This document shows positions 8,166 through 17,602 of a stretch of DNA of 64,000 nucleotides, piece after piece. Position 1 is the stretch's first letter. Each line of letters opens with the position of its first letter. The position numbers and the translations under genes are program-made. Below the pieces are notes generated by a model that ran no database searches, was not told the DNA's origin, and was given only the letters and a program-made list of their open reading frames with translations. Source of the stretch: Anaerolineaceae bacterium (GTDB taxonomy: Bacteria > Chloroflexota > Anaerolineae > Anaerolineales > Villigracilaceae); NCBI GenBank assembly GCA_009772985.1, contig WOUS01000012.1:46044-110043 (forward strand), given 5' to 3'.

Positions 8166-8777
8166 CTACCGCGTGCTGATTTCCGTCAGCAGCACGATCA
8201 CCTTTTCGTACAACAGAGTCTTCGAGGCCTGTCCTGTCGTCCCCCCACCGCCCGTCCCGACGGGGGTGCCGAGCGCTTGCGCCGCCGTTTTGGTGGCTTC
8301 CCTGTCAGCCTGGCTGACACTGCTTCCCGAACCGGAGACTTTGGTCACGCCAGGGATGGGAGTGGGGAGCACAATGCCATACTCAGCGTAAAAAGCGCTC
8401 AAATCGGCATTGGTGATTTGCATGGCCGCGATTGCCTGTATTTGCTCCACCGCCATTACCTGGGCAATCTGGTCCTGCAAAGCCGTCAGTTCGGCTTCGG
8501 CGACGGTATCGGAACCCATCAGGCTGAGGACGGCCTGCCAGAGCGGAAGCAATTCTTTGGCCTGTCCGGGCGTGACGGCATTGGGTGTGCCTTCCAACTG
8601 TAACGTACCGAAGGCCAGTTGATTCCACAGGCTGGCGGCGTCGGCATAATCGGTGACGAGATACGCAGATGCAAGCGAGGCGGGTGTGGGCGCAGTTTCC
8701 GGCGCCGGCGCGCAGGCGTGCATAAAGAGCGCGGCGAAGAGGGTCAAGATTGTCAGGGTGAAAATGCTTTTTTTCAT
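8166..8777 (-). CDS. lipoprotein of unknown function (paralog of 8884..9477)
   Basis: The signal is MKKSIFTLTILTLFAALFMHAC. It shares LLPLWQA and QIQAIAAMQIT motifs with its neighbour. It has a Gly/Ser/Thr-rich C-terminal part. Confidence 0.7.
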   Translation of the reverse strand: MKKSIFTLTILTLFAALFMHACAPAPETAPTPASLASAYLVTDYADAASLWNQLAFGTLQLEGTPNAVTPGQAKELLPLWQAVLSLMGSDTVAEAELTALQDQIAQVMAVEQIQAIAAMQITNADLSAFYAEYGIVLPTPIPGVTKVSGSGSSVSQADREATKTAAQALGTPVGTGGGGTTGQASKTLLYEKVIVLLTEISTR

Positions 8778-8883
8778 GTTTGTCTCCTGTTTTCGCATCC
8801 TCCCCTTCTCCCGCCTGCGGCTTCGTTTCGCGAAGCGCCCCTTCGGGGCAGGGCAAGCAGGGAGAGGGAGGAGCGGGATAAAA

Positions 8884-9477
8884 TTACGGGATGCGTGCTT
8901 CCAACAAGGCAATGACCGCATCTATCAGAGCGGACGAGAGATTGCTCCCGCTGCCGCCATCGCTGGAGGTAATGCCTTGCTCGGCTTGTTTGGTGGCGCG
9001 GGCTTCGGGCGACATGCCCTGTCCCTGCCCGGGCGTGCTACCGCTGCCACCGGACATGCCGCCGCTATTACCGAGCGTGATACCATTGGCTGAGGCCCAG
9101 TCCTGCATGTCGGTGAAGGTGAGCTGCATTTCGGCAATCGCCTGGAGTTGTTCGGGAAGCATGGCGGCTTCGATCTGCGCCAGCAGGGCGTTGGTCTCTG
9201 CCTGCGCCGCGCCCCCGCTTTGCTGCGTACCACGGAGCGCCTGCCAGAGCGGGAGGAGCGCCTGCGCCTGCCCGGAGGCGGGCGCCAGGTCAGTCTGGTT
9301 CAGTTCGATAATGCCAAGCGCCAATTGGTTACGGGCAGACAGCGCGTCGTCGTAATCGGCTGGCAGATTCGGACTGGTGTAGGTGTCGTCCGTCGAGACA
9401 GGCGCCGTCGTCCCCCCGCAGGAAGCGAGGAGGATGGCGAGGAGAATAGTCAGGGTGGGAATGAAAATCCGTTTCAT
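8884..9477 (-). CDS. lipoprotein of unknown function (paralog of 8166..8777)
   Basis: The signal is MKRIFIPTLTILLAILLASC. Shared motifs are LLPLWQAL and QLQAIAEMQLT. AAAGGA RBS. Confidence 0.75.
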   Translation of the reverse strand: MKRIFIPTLTILLAILLASCGGTTAPVSTDDTYTSPNLPADYDDALSARNQLALGIIELNQTDLAPASGQAQALLPLWQALRGTQQSGGAAQAETNALLAQIEAAMLPEQLQAIAEMQLTFTDMQDWASANGITLGNSGGMSGGSGSTPGQGQGMSPEARATKQAEQGITSSDGGSGSNLSSALIDAVIALLEARIP

Positions 9478-9530
9478 GGTTGGTTCCTTTCAAAAGTTTG
9501 TCAGAATGCAGCGCAAGGGAATACCTTGCT

Positions 9531-10742
9531 TTACTCGCGCCGCAAGGCTTCAATTGGGTCGAGTTTGGCGGCGCGCGTGGCAGGATAGTATCCGAAGAAG
9601 ATGCCGACGACAGCGGCCGCGCCAAACGCCAGCGGGATCGAGAGCGGGACGATTTCGGTGCGCATGGTTCCCCATGCACCGAACAGGTAGGAGCCGCCCA
9701 CACCCACCAGCACGCCCACCAGACCGCCCGCCAGGCTGAGGATAACCGCTTCGAGGAGGAATTGCATCAGCACATCGGCGGGGCGCGCACCCAGGGCCTG
9801 GCGCAGGCCAATCTCGCGCGTGCGCTCGGTGACGGAGACCAGCATGATGTTCATGATGCCGATGCCGCCCACGATGAGCGAGATACCCGCCACCCAGGCC
9901 AGCAGGTCGCGGAAGGCGGCGGTGGTGGCTTCCTGTGTGGCGATGATGTCCTGCTGGGTTTGGACGGTGAAGTCGGGCTGGGCGGGGTCAACGTCGTGGC
10001 GCTCCGCCAGCAGGAAGGTGATCTGCGCGATAACGCTGTCAATTTGATCCTGGCTCTCGGCCTTGACGTAGATGGTGCGGACGCGGTCCGCGCCCATCGG
10101 GGTGGAGGTCATGAATTTCTGGAAGACCAGGTTGATCGGCAGGTAAACGCGTCCATCGTAATCCACATCGGAGACGATGCCCTTCGCTTCCATCACGCCG
10201 ATGACGGTCAATTTGGTCGAGCCAACGGTGATGGTCTGCCCGATGGCGCTTTCTTCGCCAAACAGGTCTTTGGCGATGCCCGCGCCCAACACCGCGACTT
10301 TGGCTTCGCGTTCATCCTCATCTACGGTGAAGTAGCGCCCCTCGGCGACGGCGTAATCGCGCACCTCGGGAAAATCGGCGGTGGTACCGATGATGGCAAT
10401 GGATTCGAGCGTCGTTCCGCCGGCGCGCACATTGAGCGGCGCAGGAGCCTGTTCGGCAGAGATGCCCGTGATACCCACCACCTGTTCGGCAATGGCGTAG
10501 GCGTCGTCAATCAACAGGGTGCGCGATGCGCCCGGGACGCCGCGCGAGGGGGAGACGATGACCAGGTTGGCGCCCAGCGCGTTGATCTGTTCGGCGATGG
10601 AAGCCTCCGTCCCGGCGCTGACGGCCAACATAACAATGACCGAAGCCACGCCGATGATCACACCCAGGGTGGTCAGGAACGAGCGGGCTTTGTTGAGCAT
10701 CAGCCCTTCCCAGGCTGTGCGGAAACTCTTTTTGAATTTCAT
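9531..10742 (-). CDS. ABC transporter permease, MacB/FtsX family
   Basis: It starts at [35 protein letters not shown]. It has a periplasmic core domain followed by a C-terminal FtsX-type 3-TM bundle. Its start overlaps the ATPase stop (ATGA). Confidence 0.9.
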   Translation of the reverse strand: MKFKKSFRTAWEGLMLNKARSFLTTLGVIIGVASVIVMLAVSAGTEASIAEQINALGANLVIVSPSRGVPGASRTLLIDDAYAIAEQVVGITGISAEQAPAPLNVRAGGTTLESIAIIGTTADFPEVRDYAVAEGRYFTVDEDEREAKVAVLGAGIAKDLFGEESAIGQTITVGSTKLTVIGVMEAKGIVSDVDYDGRVYLPINLVFQKFMTSTPMGADRVRTIYVKAESQDQIDSVIAQITFLLAERHDVDPAQPDFTVQTQQDIIATQEATTAAFRDLLAWVAGISLIVGGIGIMNIMLVSVTERTREIGLRQALGARPADVLMQFLLEAVILSLAGGLVGVLVGVGGSYLFGAWGTMRTEIVPLSIPLAFGAAAVVGIFFGYYPATRAAKLDPIEALRRE

Positions 10743-11479
10743 TGTTTCCCTCCATCCAATACCTTGCGGTCCAGGCACGGGCTGTGACCATCGCGCCCGT
10801 CGGAAACGACCTTGCCGTCGCGCACACAGACGATGCGTCCCGCGTGCGTGGCGATATCGGGTTCGTGCGTCACCATCACGATGGTCGTGCCCTTGGCGTG
10901 TAATTCGTGCAAAAGCCCCATGATTTCTTCGCTGGAACGCGAGTCCAGGTTGCCTGTCGGCTCATCCGCCAAAATGAGCGGCGGGTTGTTGATGAGAGCG
11001 CGCGCAATCGCCACGCGCTGCTGCTGTCCGCCCGATAACTGGTTGGGGCGGTGATGCAGGCGGTCCCCCAGCCCGACCGAGTTGAGCGCGGCAATCGCCC
11101 GCTCGCGTTGTTCCTCTTCGCTCACATCGTCATCGTTGTACATCACGGGCAGGCTCACGTTGGCGAGCGCGCTCAGGCGCGGCAGCAAATTGAACGATTG
11201 GAAGATAAACCCGATCTTGCGGTTGCGGACGGCGGCCAGTTCGTTCTTGCTCATGCCGCTCACGTCGCTGCCGTCCAGCATATACGCACCCGTCGTCGGC
11301 CTGTCGAGGCAGCCGAGGATGTTCATCAGCGTGGACTTGCCGGACCCCGACGGCCCCATAACAGCGACGAACTCGCCGCGCTCGATGCTCGCGTCCACGC
11401 TTGCCAGCGCATACACCGCCGCGTCGCCCTCGCCATAGATTTTTGCCAATTCACGGACTTCAATCAGTGGTTGATTCAT
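10739..11479 (-). CDS. ABC transporter ATP-binding protein (MacB/LolD/DevA-like)
   Basis: Walker A is GPSGSGKST, the signature is [15 protein letters not shown], and Walker B is [11 protein letters not shown]. Confidence 0.95.
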   Translation of the reverse strand: MNQPLIEVRELAKIYGEGDAAVYALASVDASIERGEFVAVMGPSGSGKSTLMNILGCLDRPTTGAYMLDGSDVSGMSKNELAAVRNRKIGFIFQSFNLLPRLSALANVSLPVMYNDDDVSEEEQRERAIAALNSVGLGDRLHHRPNQLSGGQQQRVAIARALINNPPLILADEPTGNLDSRSSEEIMGLLHELHAKGTTIVMVTHEPDIATHAGRIVCVRDGKVVSDGRDGHSPCLDRKVLDGGKQ

Positions 11480-11560
11480 TCATACTCCTAATCTTGAACT
11501 CGGACTCAACGTCTCCTGACGTTGGGATTTCGAAAGTCTGGAGACTTTCGACTCCGCGTC

Positions 11561-12982
11561 CTACTTCGTCTCCACCGTTCCTGTGCTGACCACATCGCCC
11601 GCCTTCAACCCGCTCAGAATTTCGGCATTGGCATAATCGCGCAGGCCGACCGTAACAGGCGTGAGTTTCAGCTGACCATCGGCCTCGACAACAAAGACCG
11701 CGTACGAGCCTGGGGTAATTTCACGCAATGCCTGCACGGGAACGATGAGAGCATTGTGCGCCTCCCCTGCGATCACCTCGGCATCCACGGTCATGCCCGA
11801 CAGGATCACCACCGCCGCGTCAGAGGGAAGTTCAGCCCAGACAACCACCACGGGCGTGCCATCCACGGTTTGCAATGCAGGCTCGACGCGGATGACTTTG
11901 CCTTCCACCGTCAGGTCGGGATACGCGTCGAAAATAAAGAGTACCCGCTTGCCCGCCGCGACCTTGTCCACGTCGCTCTCGTCGAGATAGAAACGCACGA
12001 GTAAATTCTGCGTGGTTGCCACGCTCATTATCGGCGCCGTTCCCACCGTCTGCCCAATGACCGCGTTCAGACTCATCACTGTGCCGTCGAAGGGCGCGAT
12101 CAGGCGCGTACTTTCCAGGGCCAGGCGCGCCTGCTCCAGTTTTGCCGTCTGCGGTCCCAGGGCGGCGAGGGGCGCAGTCAATGCTTCAGGCCCCGCTTTG
12201 ACGATTTCCAGCGCGGCTTGCGCGTCTGCCAAAGCCACGCGGGCAGATTCTAGGTCCGCGCGCGCCAGGGTAATGGCTGCTTCGGTGGGAGGCAAAACCC
12301 CGGTCATTTCTTCGCCGCTTATTTCGTCAATCCAGGAGTATGGAAAGTACAGGGGGCAGTATTCGTCAACGTACGTGCTCTGCGCAGCCCTCAGATTGAG
12401 TTGCGCATATTGGACGTTCTTTTGCGCTACGGCCTTGGCGTCCTCGGTGGCAGCTGGATCCGCATTGACGGCGTCAAGCGCAGACTGCATTTCCGCCAGT
12501 CTTATCTCGTTATAATACACCTCTGGACTGATTAAATAGATCAGGTAGACTTTGGCATCATTCAGCGCGATCTCCGCTCTGGCTACCTCCCCATCGGCTT
12601 GCGCTACGCCGGCAGGAGTGAACAGCGCCTGAAAATCAGCCTCGGCCTGGATGTTGCCATCCAATCGAGCCAGCGACTGCCCGGCCACGACAGCGTCGCC
12701 AACCGAGACATTCAATTCGATCAACATGCCGCCGGATCGAAAACCCAGATCCACCTGGGCGGCCGGAATGACCGTCCCCGCGCCATTGGCCGTAATAACG
12801 AGGTCGCCCACGCGGACTTTGGAAGTTTGCAGCGCAGGCTCCGCGGCGGCGTCATCCGCAGAAGGGCTCATGAGGAACGCGCCTGCTGCGACAACGAACA
12901 ACAGAATCGCGACTGCGGCGATCGTTGTTTTGCGGGTAAAGCGAAAGTTCCGCAAAGATAAAGAACGTTTGGATTTTTCCAT
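11561..12982 (-). CDS. HlyD/efflux periplasmic adaptor (membrane fusion protein)
   Basis: It has an N-terminal TM anchor, a lipoyl-like hairpin (GGMLIELNVSVGDAVVAGQSLARLD), a long coiled-coil and a C-terminal beta-barrel region. Confidence 0.9.
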   Translation of the reverse strand: MEKSKRSLSLRNFRFTRKTTIAAVAILLFVVAAGAFLMSPSADDAAAEPALQTSKVRVGDLVITANGAGTVIPAAQVDLGFRSGGMLIELNVSVGDAVVAGQSLARLDGNIQAEADFQALFTPAGVAQADGEVARAEIALNDAKVYLIYLISPEVYYNEIRLAEMQSALDAVNADPAATEDAKAVAQKNVQYAQLNLRAAQSTYVDEYCPLYFPYSWIDEISGEEMTGVLPPTEAAITLARADLESARVALADAQAALEIVKAGPEALTAPLAALGPQTAKLEQARLALESTRLIAPFDGTVMSLNAVIGQTVGTAPIMSVATTQNLLVRFYLDESDVDKVAAGKRVLFIFDAYPDLTVEGKVIRVEPALQTVDGTPVVVVWAELPSDAAVVILSGMTVDAEVIAGEAHNALIVPVQALREITPGSYAVFVVEADGQLKLTPVTVGLRDYANAEILSGLKAGDVVSTGTVETK

Positions 12983-13252
12983 GATTTGCTCCTGTTTTGT
13001 TTTTTTATTATTCTCAATATAAACGACGAGTGTAAAGAGAGTTTGATGCTTATATAAAGATACGATAAAGAGTAATGCGACAATAATTGTATGAATGAAA
13101 CCGTTTATGTTGGCGGCGCGGCCTGCGCTTTCAGTAAGATGTTGATTACATGGGAGCGTTGCGCCAGTCGCGGGGGCGGGAAAGCGACGATTCTCGCCCG
13201 TTGCAAGTTGCCCGACGAACCAGGCGCCCGGCCAAAGGCGGCTGCCAGATTG

Positions 13253-13771
13253 TCATTTTCCAAATCTTCCGCAAAGCCGCGGAAACAAAAACGGCGTCCG
13301 CTTTTTGTATGCCAGGTATTCCTCGCCGAACCGTTCGCTCAGTTCGCGCGTTTCGTGCATGTAAATAAACGTCAGCAACGCGCTGAACACGATCACGGTC
13401 AGGAGCATCACTACGCCCGAACCCATCCACACCCCGAGTCCCAGGTACAGCAGCAACGCGCCCAGCGTCATCGGGTTGCGGGAATGGGCGTACGGTCCCT
13501 GCGTCACCAGCCTTTGCGTGGCGACCTTCGGCGCGGGCGTGCCTTTGCCGAGGATATATTGGATGCGCACCGACCAGCCGACGAGGGCCAGCCCGCCCAC
13601 GGTCAGCGCGGGACCGAGAGCCTGGTTCAGCCACCCGAAGCGGATCCTGCCCCAGTCCGCGCAAGCCCAGCCAATCCCCAGCGCGAGCATCGCCATGGAC
13701 AGCAGTCCCAAAAAGAAGAGGGCGATCACCCGCCGCCTGAGCGCATCCGAGTGTGTGCGCGTTTCGCTCAC
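13253..13771 (-). CDS. isoprenylcysteine carboxyl methyltransferase (ICMT)/phospholipid methyltransferase family membrane protein
   Basis: It has the motif LVTQGPYAHSRNPMTLGALLLYLGLG plus TM helices. The start is GTG and overlaps the upstream stop. Confidence 0.8.
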   Translation of the reverse strand: MSETRTHSDALRRRVIALFFLGLLSMAMLALGIGWACADWGRIRFGWLNQALGPALTVGGLALVGWSVRIQYILGKGTPAPKVATQRLVTQGPYAHSRNPMTLGALLLYLGLGVWMGSGVVMLLTVIVFSALLTFIYMHETRELSERFGEEYLAYKKRTPFLFPRLCGRFGK

Positions 13772-13998
13772 TGGGCATTCCCCTGTTTTTTTACAATTGC
13801 CTGGTTCAAGATATTGAGAAATTCATCCAGCGGCACGCGATGGACGCGCGCCGCCCATTCCACCGTGAGGGCTTTGGCGAGAAACATCCGCAGGGAGTAA
13901 CGTCCCACGCGCTGGACGCCAAAGATTTCCATTACGTCGGCAATGTCGCCGTATTCCAATAGGATTTCAGATACGCGGGTACCTTTGGTGATTTGCAT
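13768..13998 (-). CDS. small DUF1858-like protein
   Basis: MQITKGTRVSEILLEYGDIADVMEIFGV...TVEWAARVHRVPLDEFLNILN resembles the DUF1858 layout. A GGAG RBS lies upstream. The longer 14121 start is rejected. Confidence 0.55.
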   Translation of the reverse strand: MQITKGTRVSEILLEYGDIADVMEIFGVQRVGRYSLRMFLAKALTVEWAARVHRVPLDEFLNILNQAIVKKQGNAQ

Positions 13999-14065
13999 GT
14001 TGTGATTCTCCTTGAAATCAAACCTTGTTATCAGCCTGCATTGTAGGTCACGTTTGAGACTTGAC

Positions 14066-14329
14066 CTACGACTTTTGTCGAATTTGAGAAGCATTTTCTT
14101 CTTCGTTCTCAATACTGGCAATCACAATTTCAAACGGGCGCGTAATTGCCTGCGTGGGGCAAACCGCCTCGCACAGACCGCTGTATTCACATGCCAGCGG
14201 ATTGGCGACAACGGCTTTGCCATCCTGCAACCCTAATGCCTTCGTCGGGCAGGCGCGCACACACAATCCGCACCCATCGCATCGTTGCGGGTCAATCATT
14301 GGAATGGGTCTATCGTTGAAATAAGTCAT
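14066..14329 (-). CDS. 2x[4Fe-4S]-type ferredoxin
   Basis: It has CDGCGLCVRACP and a second, atypically spaced motif CEYSGLCEAVCP. Confidence 0.85.
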   Translation of the reverse strand: MTYFNDRPIPMIDPQRCDGCGLCVRACPTKALGLQDGKAVVANPLACEYSGLCEAVCPTQAITRPFEIVIASIENEEENASQIRQKS

Positions 14330-14348
14330 TCATGCTCCAAAATAAAAC
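14251..14348. repeat. 98-bp perfect direct repeat, copy 1
   Basis: It is identical base for base to 18967..19064. It covers the first 79 nt of the ferredoxin gene (minus strand) plus 19 nt that correspond to the 3' end of crp copy 3. Confidence 0.95.
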
Positions 14349-14441
14349 ACGTGACCCGCTGCTGGTTCACTGGCGGGAAATTACATTATTTTTACACCGC
14401 GATGAATGGGGGATAACAAACAGCGGCTATCATTTGAATCT

Positions 14442-14594
14442 ATGAAACGAATCCTTGCATTTCTCTCCATGCTTGCGTTGATGGCATTGGCTTGCCGCTT
14501 CAGCGCATCGGACTCCGCGCCTCAGCCTGCTGCGTCAACCCAGGCATCACTACTACACCGAAACGCCGATTCAATAAAAGGAAAAGTAAAATGA
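14442..14594 (+). pseudogene. orphan lipoprotein signal-peptide fragment
   Basis: MKRILAFLSMLALMALACRFSAS matches the ..L(S/A)CRF(T/S) signals of the next two genes. It runs directly into another copy of the conserved leader and stops after 50 codons. Confidence 0.4.
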
Positions 14595-17545
14595 AACAGC
14601 CAAGAATTCTCATCACCTTTCTTCTCTTGATGGCGCTCACGCTTTCATGCAGGTTCACAACGCCTTCTCCCACCATCACGCCGGATCCCAATGTGCCAGG
14701 CGACATAAACCCTCCCGGATCAGAGTTCAATTTCAGAGCGGCAGCCGATTACTCGGCAAAGCTAGGGGATGTCGGCGTGCTTGTGATGCAGGACGGTAAG
14801 ATCGTGTTTGAGGAGTATCACAATGGGAATAATGAGAACACTGCCACGCATATTCATAGCGCCACAAAAGGATTTTGGGGGCCGGCCATTGCGGCGATGA
14901 TCGAGGATGGCATGATACAGGGTTACGATCAAAAAGTGTCGGACATACTCACCGAGTGGAAAACGACGGACAAGAAGGATATTACCATCCGACAAGTCAT
15001 GGAACTTACCTCCGGCCTTAAGAATGACATTGCGGAAATTCAAGGCACTGAGCCGGATGCTCCTGACCTTTATTATTATGCGATACACGACGTAAAACTC
15101 GTTACCGAACCTGGGACGCGTTTTCAATATGGTCCAGTCAATTTCTATGTCATGGGTGCGCTCATGGATCGGGTTCTCAAGAACAGCGGTAGCCAATATG
15201 CAGACCCGCTCGACTATCTCCAAAAGCGACTCCTGGACAAGGTCGGCGTGACCTACGAAAAGTGGATTCGTGACGATGCGGGAAATCCCCACATTCCGAA
15301 TGGCGCCTACCTCACCCCGAGGAACTTTGCCACCTGGGGACAATTTGTATTGCAGAAGGGGAATTGGAACGGCGAGCAACTGGTCCGTAAGGACTTGATG
15401 GAAGAACTGTTCAAGCCGTCGTCTGCAAATCCTGGGTTTGGGCTTTTCCTGTGGCTAAACCAACCCGGCGGCCAAGGGGCCGTGCCTCAGATGGCTGCGC
15501 CGCCCGGATCGACAGCCGGATTCATCTACCATGACGGCTACCCTGACATGGTGGGTATTATGGGCGCAGGGAAAAACAGAATGTATATTGTTCCGTCGCT
15601 TAATCTGGTCATCGCCCGCCAGACGCTTAGTGATGACGACGATGGATTTGATGATCACACTTTCCTGAAACTTTTGTTTAGCGGGTTCGACGCGTATCAA
15701 CCCGCCCAAGGCTCGTTCACCCCGGCCATGCAGGACGCCACGTGGACCGATGCCGCCCGGCAACGCGACGTGCCGGTGCGCATTTACGCGCCGGATCTCA
15801 AACACGGCAGCGGTCCTTTCCCCGCCATCGTGTTCTCGCACGGCGGGGGCAAGTCGCGCGAGGCCTACACGTATCTGGGCACGTATTGGGCCGAGCGCGG
15901 ATACATCGTCGTATTCCTGACGCACCCAGGCAGCGACCGCGCGGTCATCGAGGCACAGGAAACGCAGGGGCTTCAGGCGTTGATGGCAGCGCTGGCTGGG
16001 GTCGATGAATTCCATCTTCGCCCGGAGGATGTCCGCTTCGTCATAGACAAGCTGTTGTCGGATGACCCTGGCAGCGAGCTGTTGCGGGGACGGGTGGATG
16101 CGGGTCGGATCGGGATGGCGGGGCAATGCCTTGGTGCGACAACGGCGTTGGCGATGGTCGGGCTGCGCGCCAATCTGCCGGACCAGAAGGACGCCACGTT
16201 CACCGACCCGCGCATCAGGGCCGCCGTCGCGCTCTCGCCGCAGATGGGCGGGGGGCGCGCGGATTCACCTCTGCATGAAAAGTCGTGGGAGCTCATCCAA
16301 GTCCCAACGCTGGTGATGACCGGGTCACAGGATTTCAACTGGATGCCCGCGGTTAAAGCGAATCCCCGGCTGATCCAGATGCCCTACGACGGCCTCCCCC
16401 CGGGCGACAAGTATCTCGCCGAGATCAAGGATGCCGAGCACAACGCCTTCACCGATTCGGTGCCATACTACCCGGCCCGCGAGCGTGACCCCCGGCATCA
16501 CGTCTGGATCCAGCAGGCGACGACCGCGTTCTTCGACGCGTATCTGAAGGGCGATACCGGGGCGCTCGACTGGCTGAAGAACGAGGTCCTCGAAGCGGAA
16601 ACGCAAGGCGAAATCCGTCAGGAGCAGAAGGCCGACGCCGGGTCAGGGACAGAGAACACTCCAGCGGGCGGCGTCGAGCCATGGCGCCTGCGGTCTGGTG
16701 TAGATGATGCCAATGCCCTCGGCGGCGGCGGCCCGTATGCCGTGGGCGTCGTCGAGACCCTGACGCTTCACGATGCCGCGCGCGCGAAAGACCTTCTGCT
16801 TCGCGTCACCTATCCCGAGGGGGACGGGATGTTTCCCATCATCCTGTTCTCACATTGCGGTGATTGTAAGCGGGCCGATTTCGAGCTGTTGGTTCGGCAC
16901 TGGGCATCGCATGGCTACATCGTGCTTCAGATGGACCACGAGCCCGGCGCGCGAACTCGCGCGCAGGATATGAGTTTCGTGCTCGATTCGGTGGACGAGA
17001 TTGGACACAAGGCCCCCGCAGTCGAGGGCAAAATGGACGCGACGCGCGTCGGAGCGGGCGGGCACCTGGTGGGAGCGTATGCCGCGAGCATGTTGGTGGG
17101 TATGAAGGAATTTCAAAGCGGCGGAGCCGCGAAACCGGACACCTTCGCCGACCCGAGGGTGGACGCGGCCTTACTGCTTTCCCCTCAGGGACGCGGGCAG
17201 GGGCTGACGGAGAACTCGTGGGAAGACATCGTCATACCAATGCTCGTGGCGGCTGGTTCCGAGACCCCCAGCAGCCGGACGTCGAACCCGTCCGAGTGGC
17301 GCACCGACCCCTATTATTTCGCGAAGCCCGGCGACAAATACCTCCTCTGGATCGAGGGAATGGACAATAGCTACGCGGGCCTCTGGCGCGGCGGCGTGGA
17401 CCCAAAGCCAGCCGCGTGGATCCTGGATGTGACGACCGCTTTCTGGGATGCCTACCTGAAGCAGGACGCGGACGCGCGGGCCTGGCTGCAATCCGGCCAA
17501 CTGGCGGCCCAGGCTGAAGGCGCGCTCAAACTGGAGTCGAAATGA
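14591..17545 (+). CDS. three-domain lipoprotein: beta-lactamase-family serine hydrolase plus two dienelactone-hydrolase/PAF-acetylhydrolase-like alpha/beta domains
   Basis: The signal is MKQPRILITFLLLMALTLSC. The SxxK motif is HSATKGF. Domain 2 has FSHGGG...GMAGQCLGA...AEHNAF. Domain 3 has FSHCGD...GAGGHLVGA. Confidence 0.85.
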   Translation: MKQPRILITFLLLMALTLSCRFTTPSPTITPDPNVPGDINPPGSEFNFRAAADYSAKLGDVGVLVMQDGKIVFEEYHNGNNENTATHIHSATKGFWGPAIAAMIEDGMIQGYDQKVSDILTEWKTTDKKDITIRQVMELTSGLKNDIAEIQGTEPDAPDLYYYAIHDVKLVTEPGTRFQYGPVNFYVMGALMDRVLKNSGSQYADPLDYLQKRLLDKVGVTYEKWIRDDAGNPHIPNGAYLTPRNFATWGQFVLQKGNWNGEQLVRKDLMEELFKPSSANPGFGLFLWLNQPGGQGAVPQMAAPPGSTAGFIYHDGYPDMVGIMGAGKNRMYIVPSLNLVIARQTLSDDDDGFDDHTFLKLLFSGFDAYQPAQGSFTPAMQDATWTDAARQRDVPVRIYAPDLKHGSGPFPAIVFSHGGGKSREAYTYLGTYWAERGYIVVFLTHPGSDRAVIEAQETQGLQALMAALAGVDEFHLRPEDVRFVIDKLLSDDPGSELLRGRVDAGRIGMAGQCLGATTALAMVGLRANLPDQKDATFTDPRIRAAVALSPQMGGGRADSPLHEKSWELIQVPTLVMTGSQDFNWMPAVKANPRLIQMPYDGLPPGDKYLAEIKDAEHNAFTDSVPYYPARERDPRHHVWIQQATTAFFDAYLKGDTGALDWLKNEVLEAETQGEIRQEQKADAGSGTENTPAGGVEPWRLRSGVDDANALGGGGPYAVGVVETLTLHDAARAKDLLLRVTYPEGDGMFPIILFSHCGDCKRADFELLVRHWASHGYIVLQMDHEPGARTRAQDMSFVLDSVDEIGHKAPAVEGKMDATRVGAGGHLVGAYAASMLVGMKEFQSGGAAKPDTFADPRVDAALLLSPQGRGQGLTENSWEDIVIPMLVAAGSETPSSRTSNPSEWRTDPYYFAKPGDKYLLWIEGMDNSYAGLWRGGVDPKPAAWILDVTTAFWDAYLKQDADARAWLQSGQLAAQAEGALKLESK

Positions 17546-17602
17546 AGCGGCTTCAAACGCCGCAACCACGCCGAGACGCCGATTCAGTAAAGGAAATGCA
17601 AA

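Noticed and set aside
13091-13900. 269-aa plus-strand ORF and other ORFs overlapping the ICMT gene.
   Set aside because: They are antisense to a gene with the clear RNPMxxG methyltransferase motif. Their products are Arg/Pro/Ala-rich with no features.
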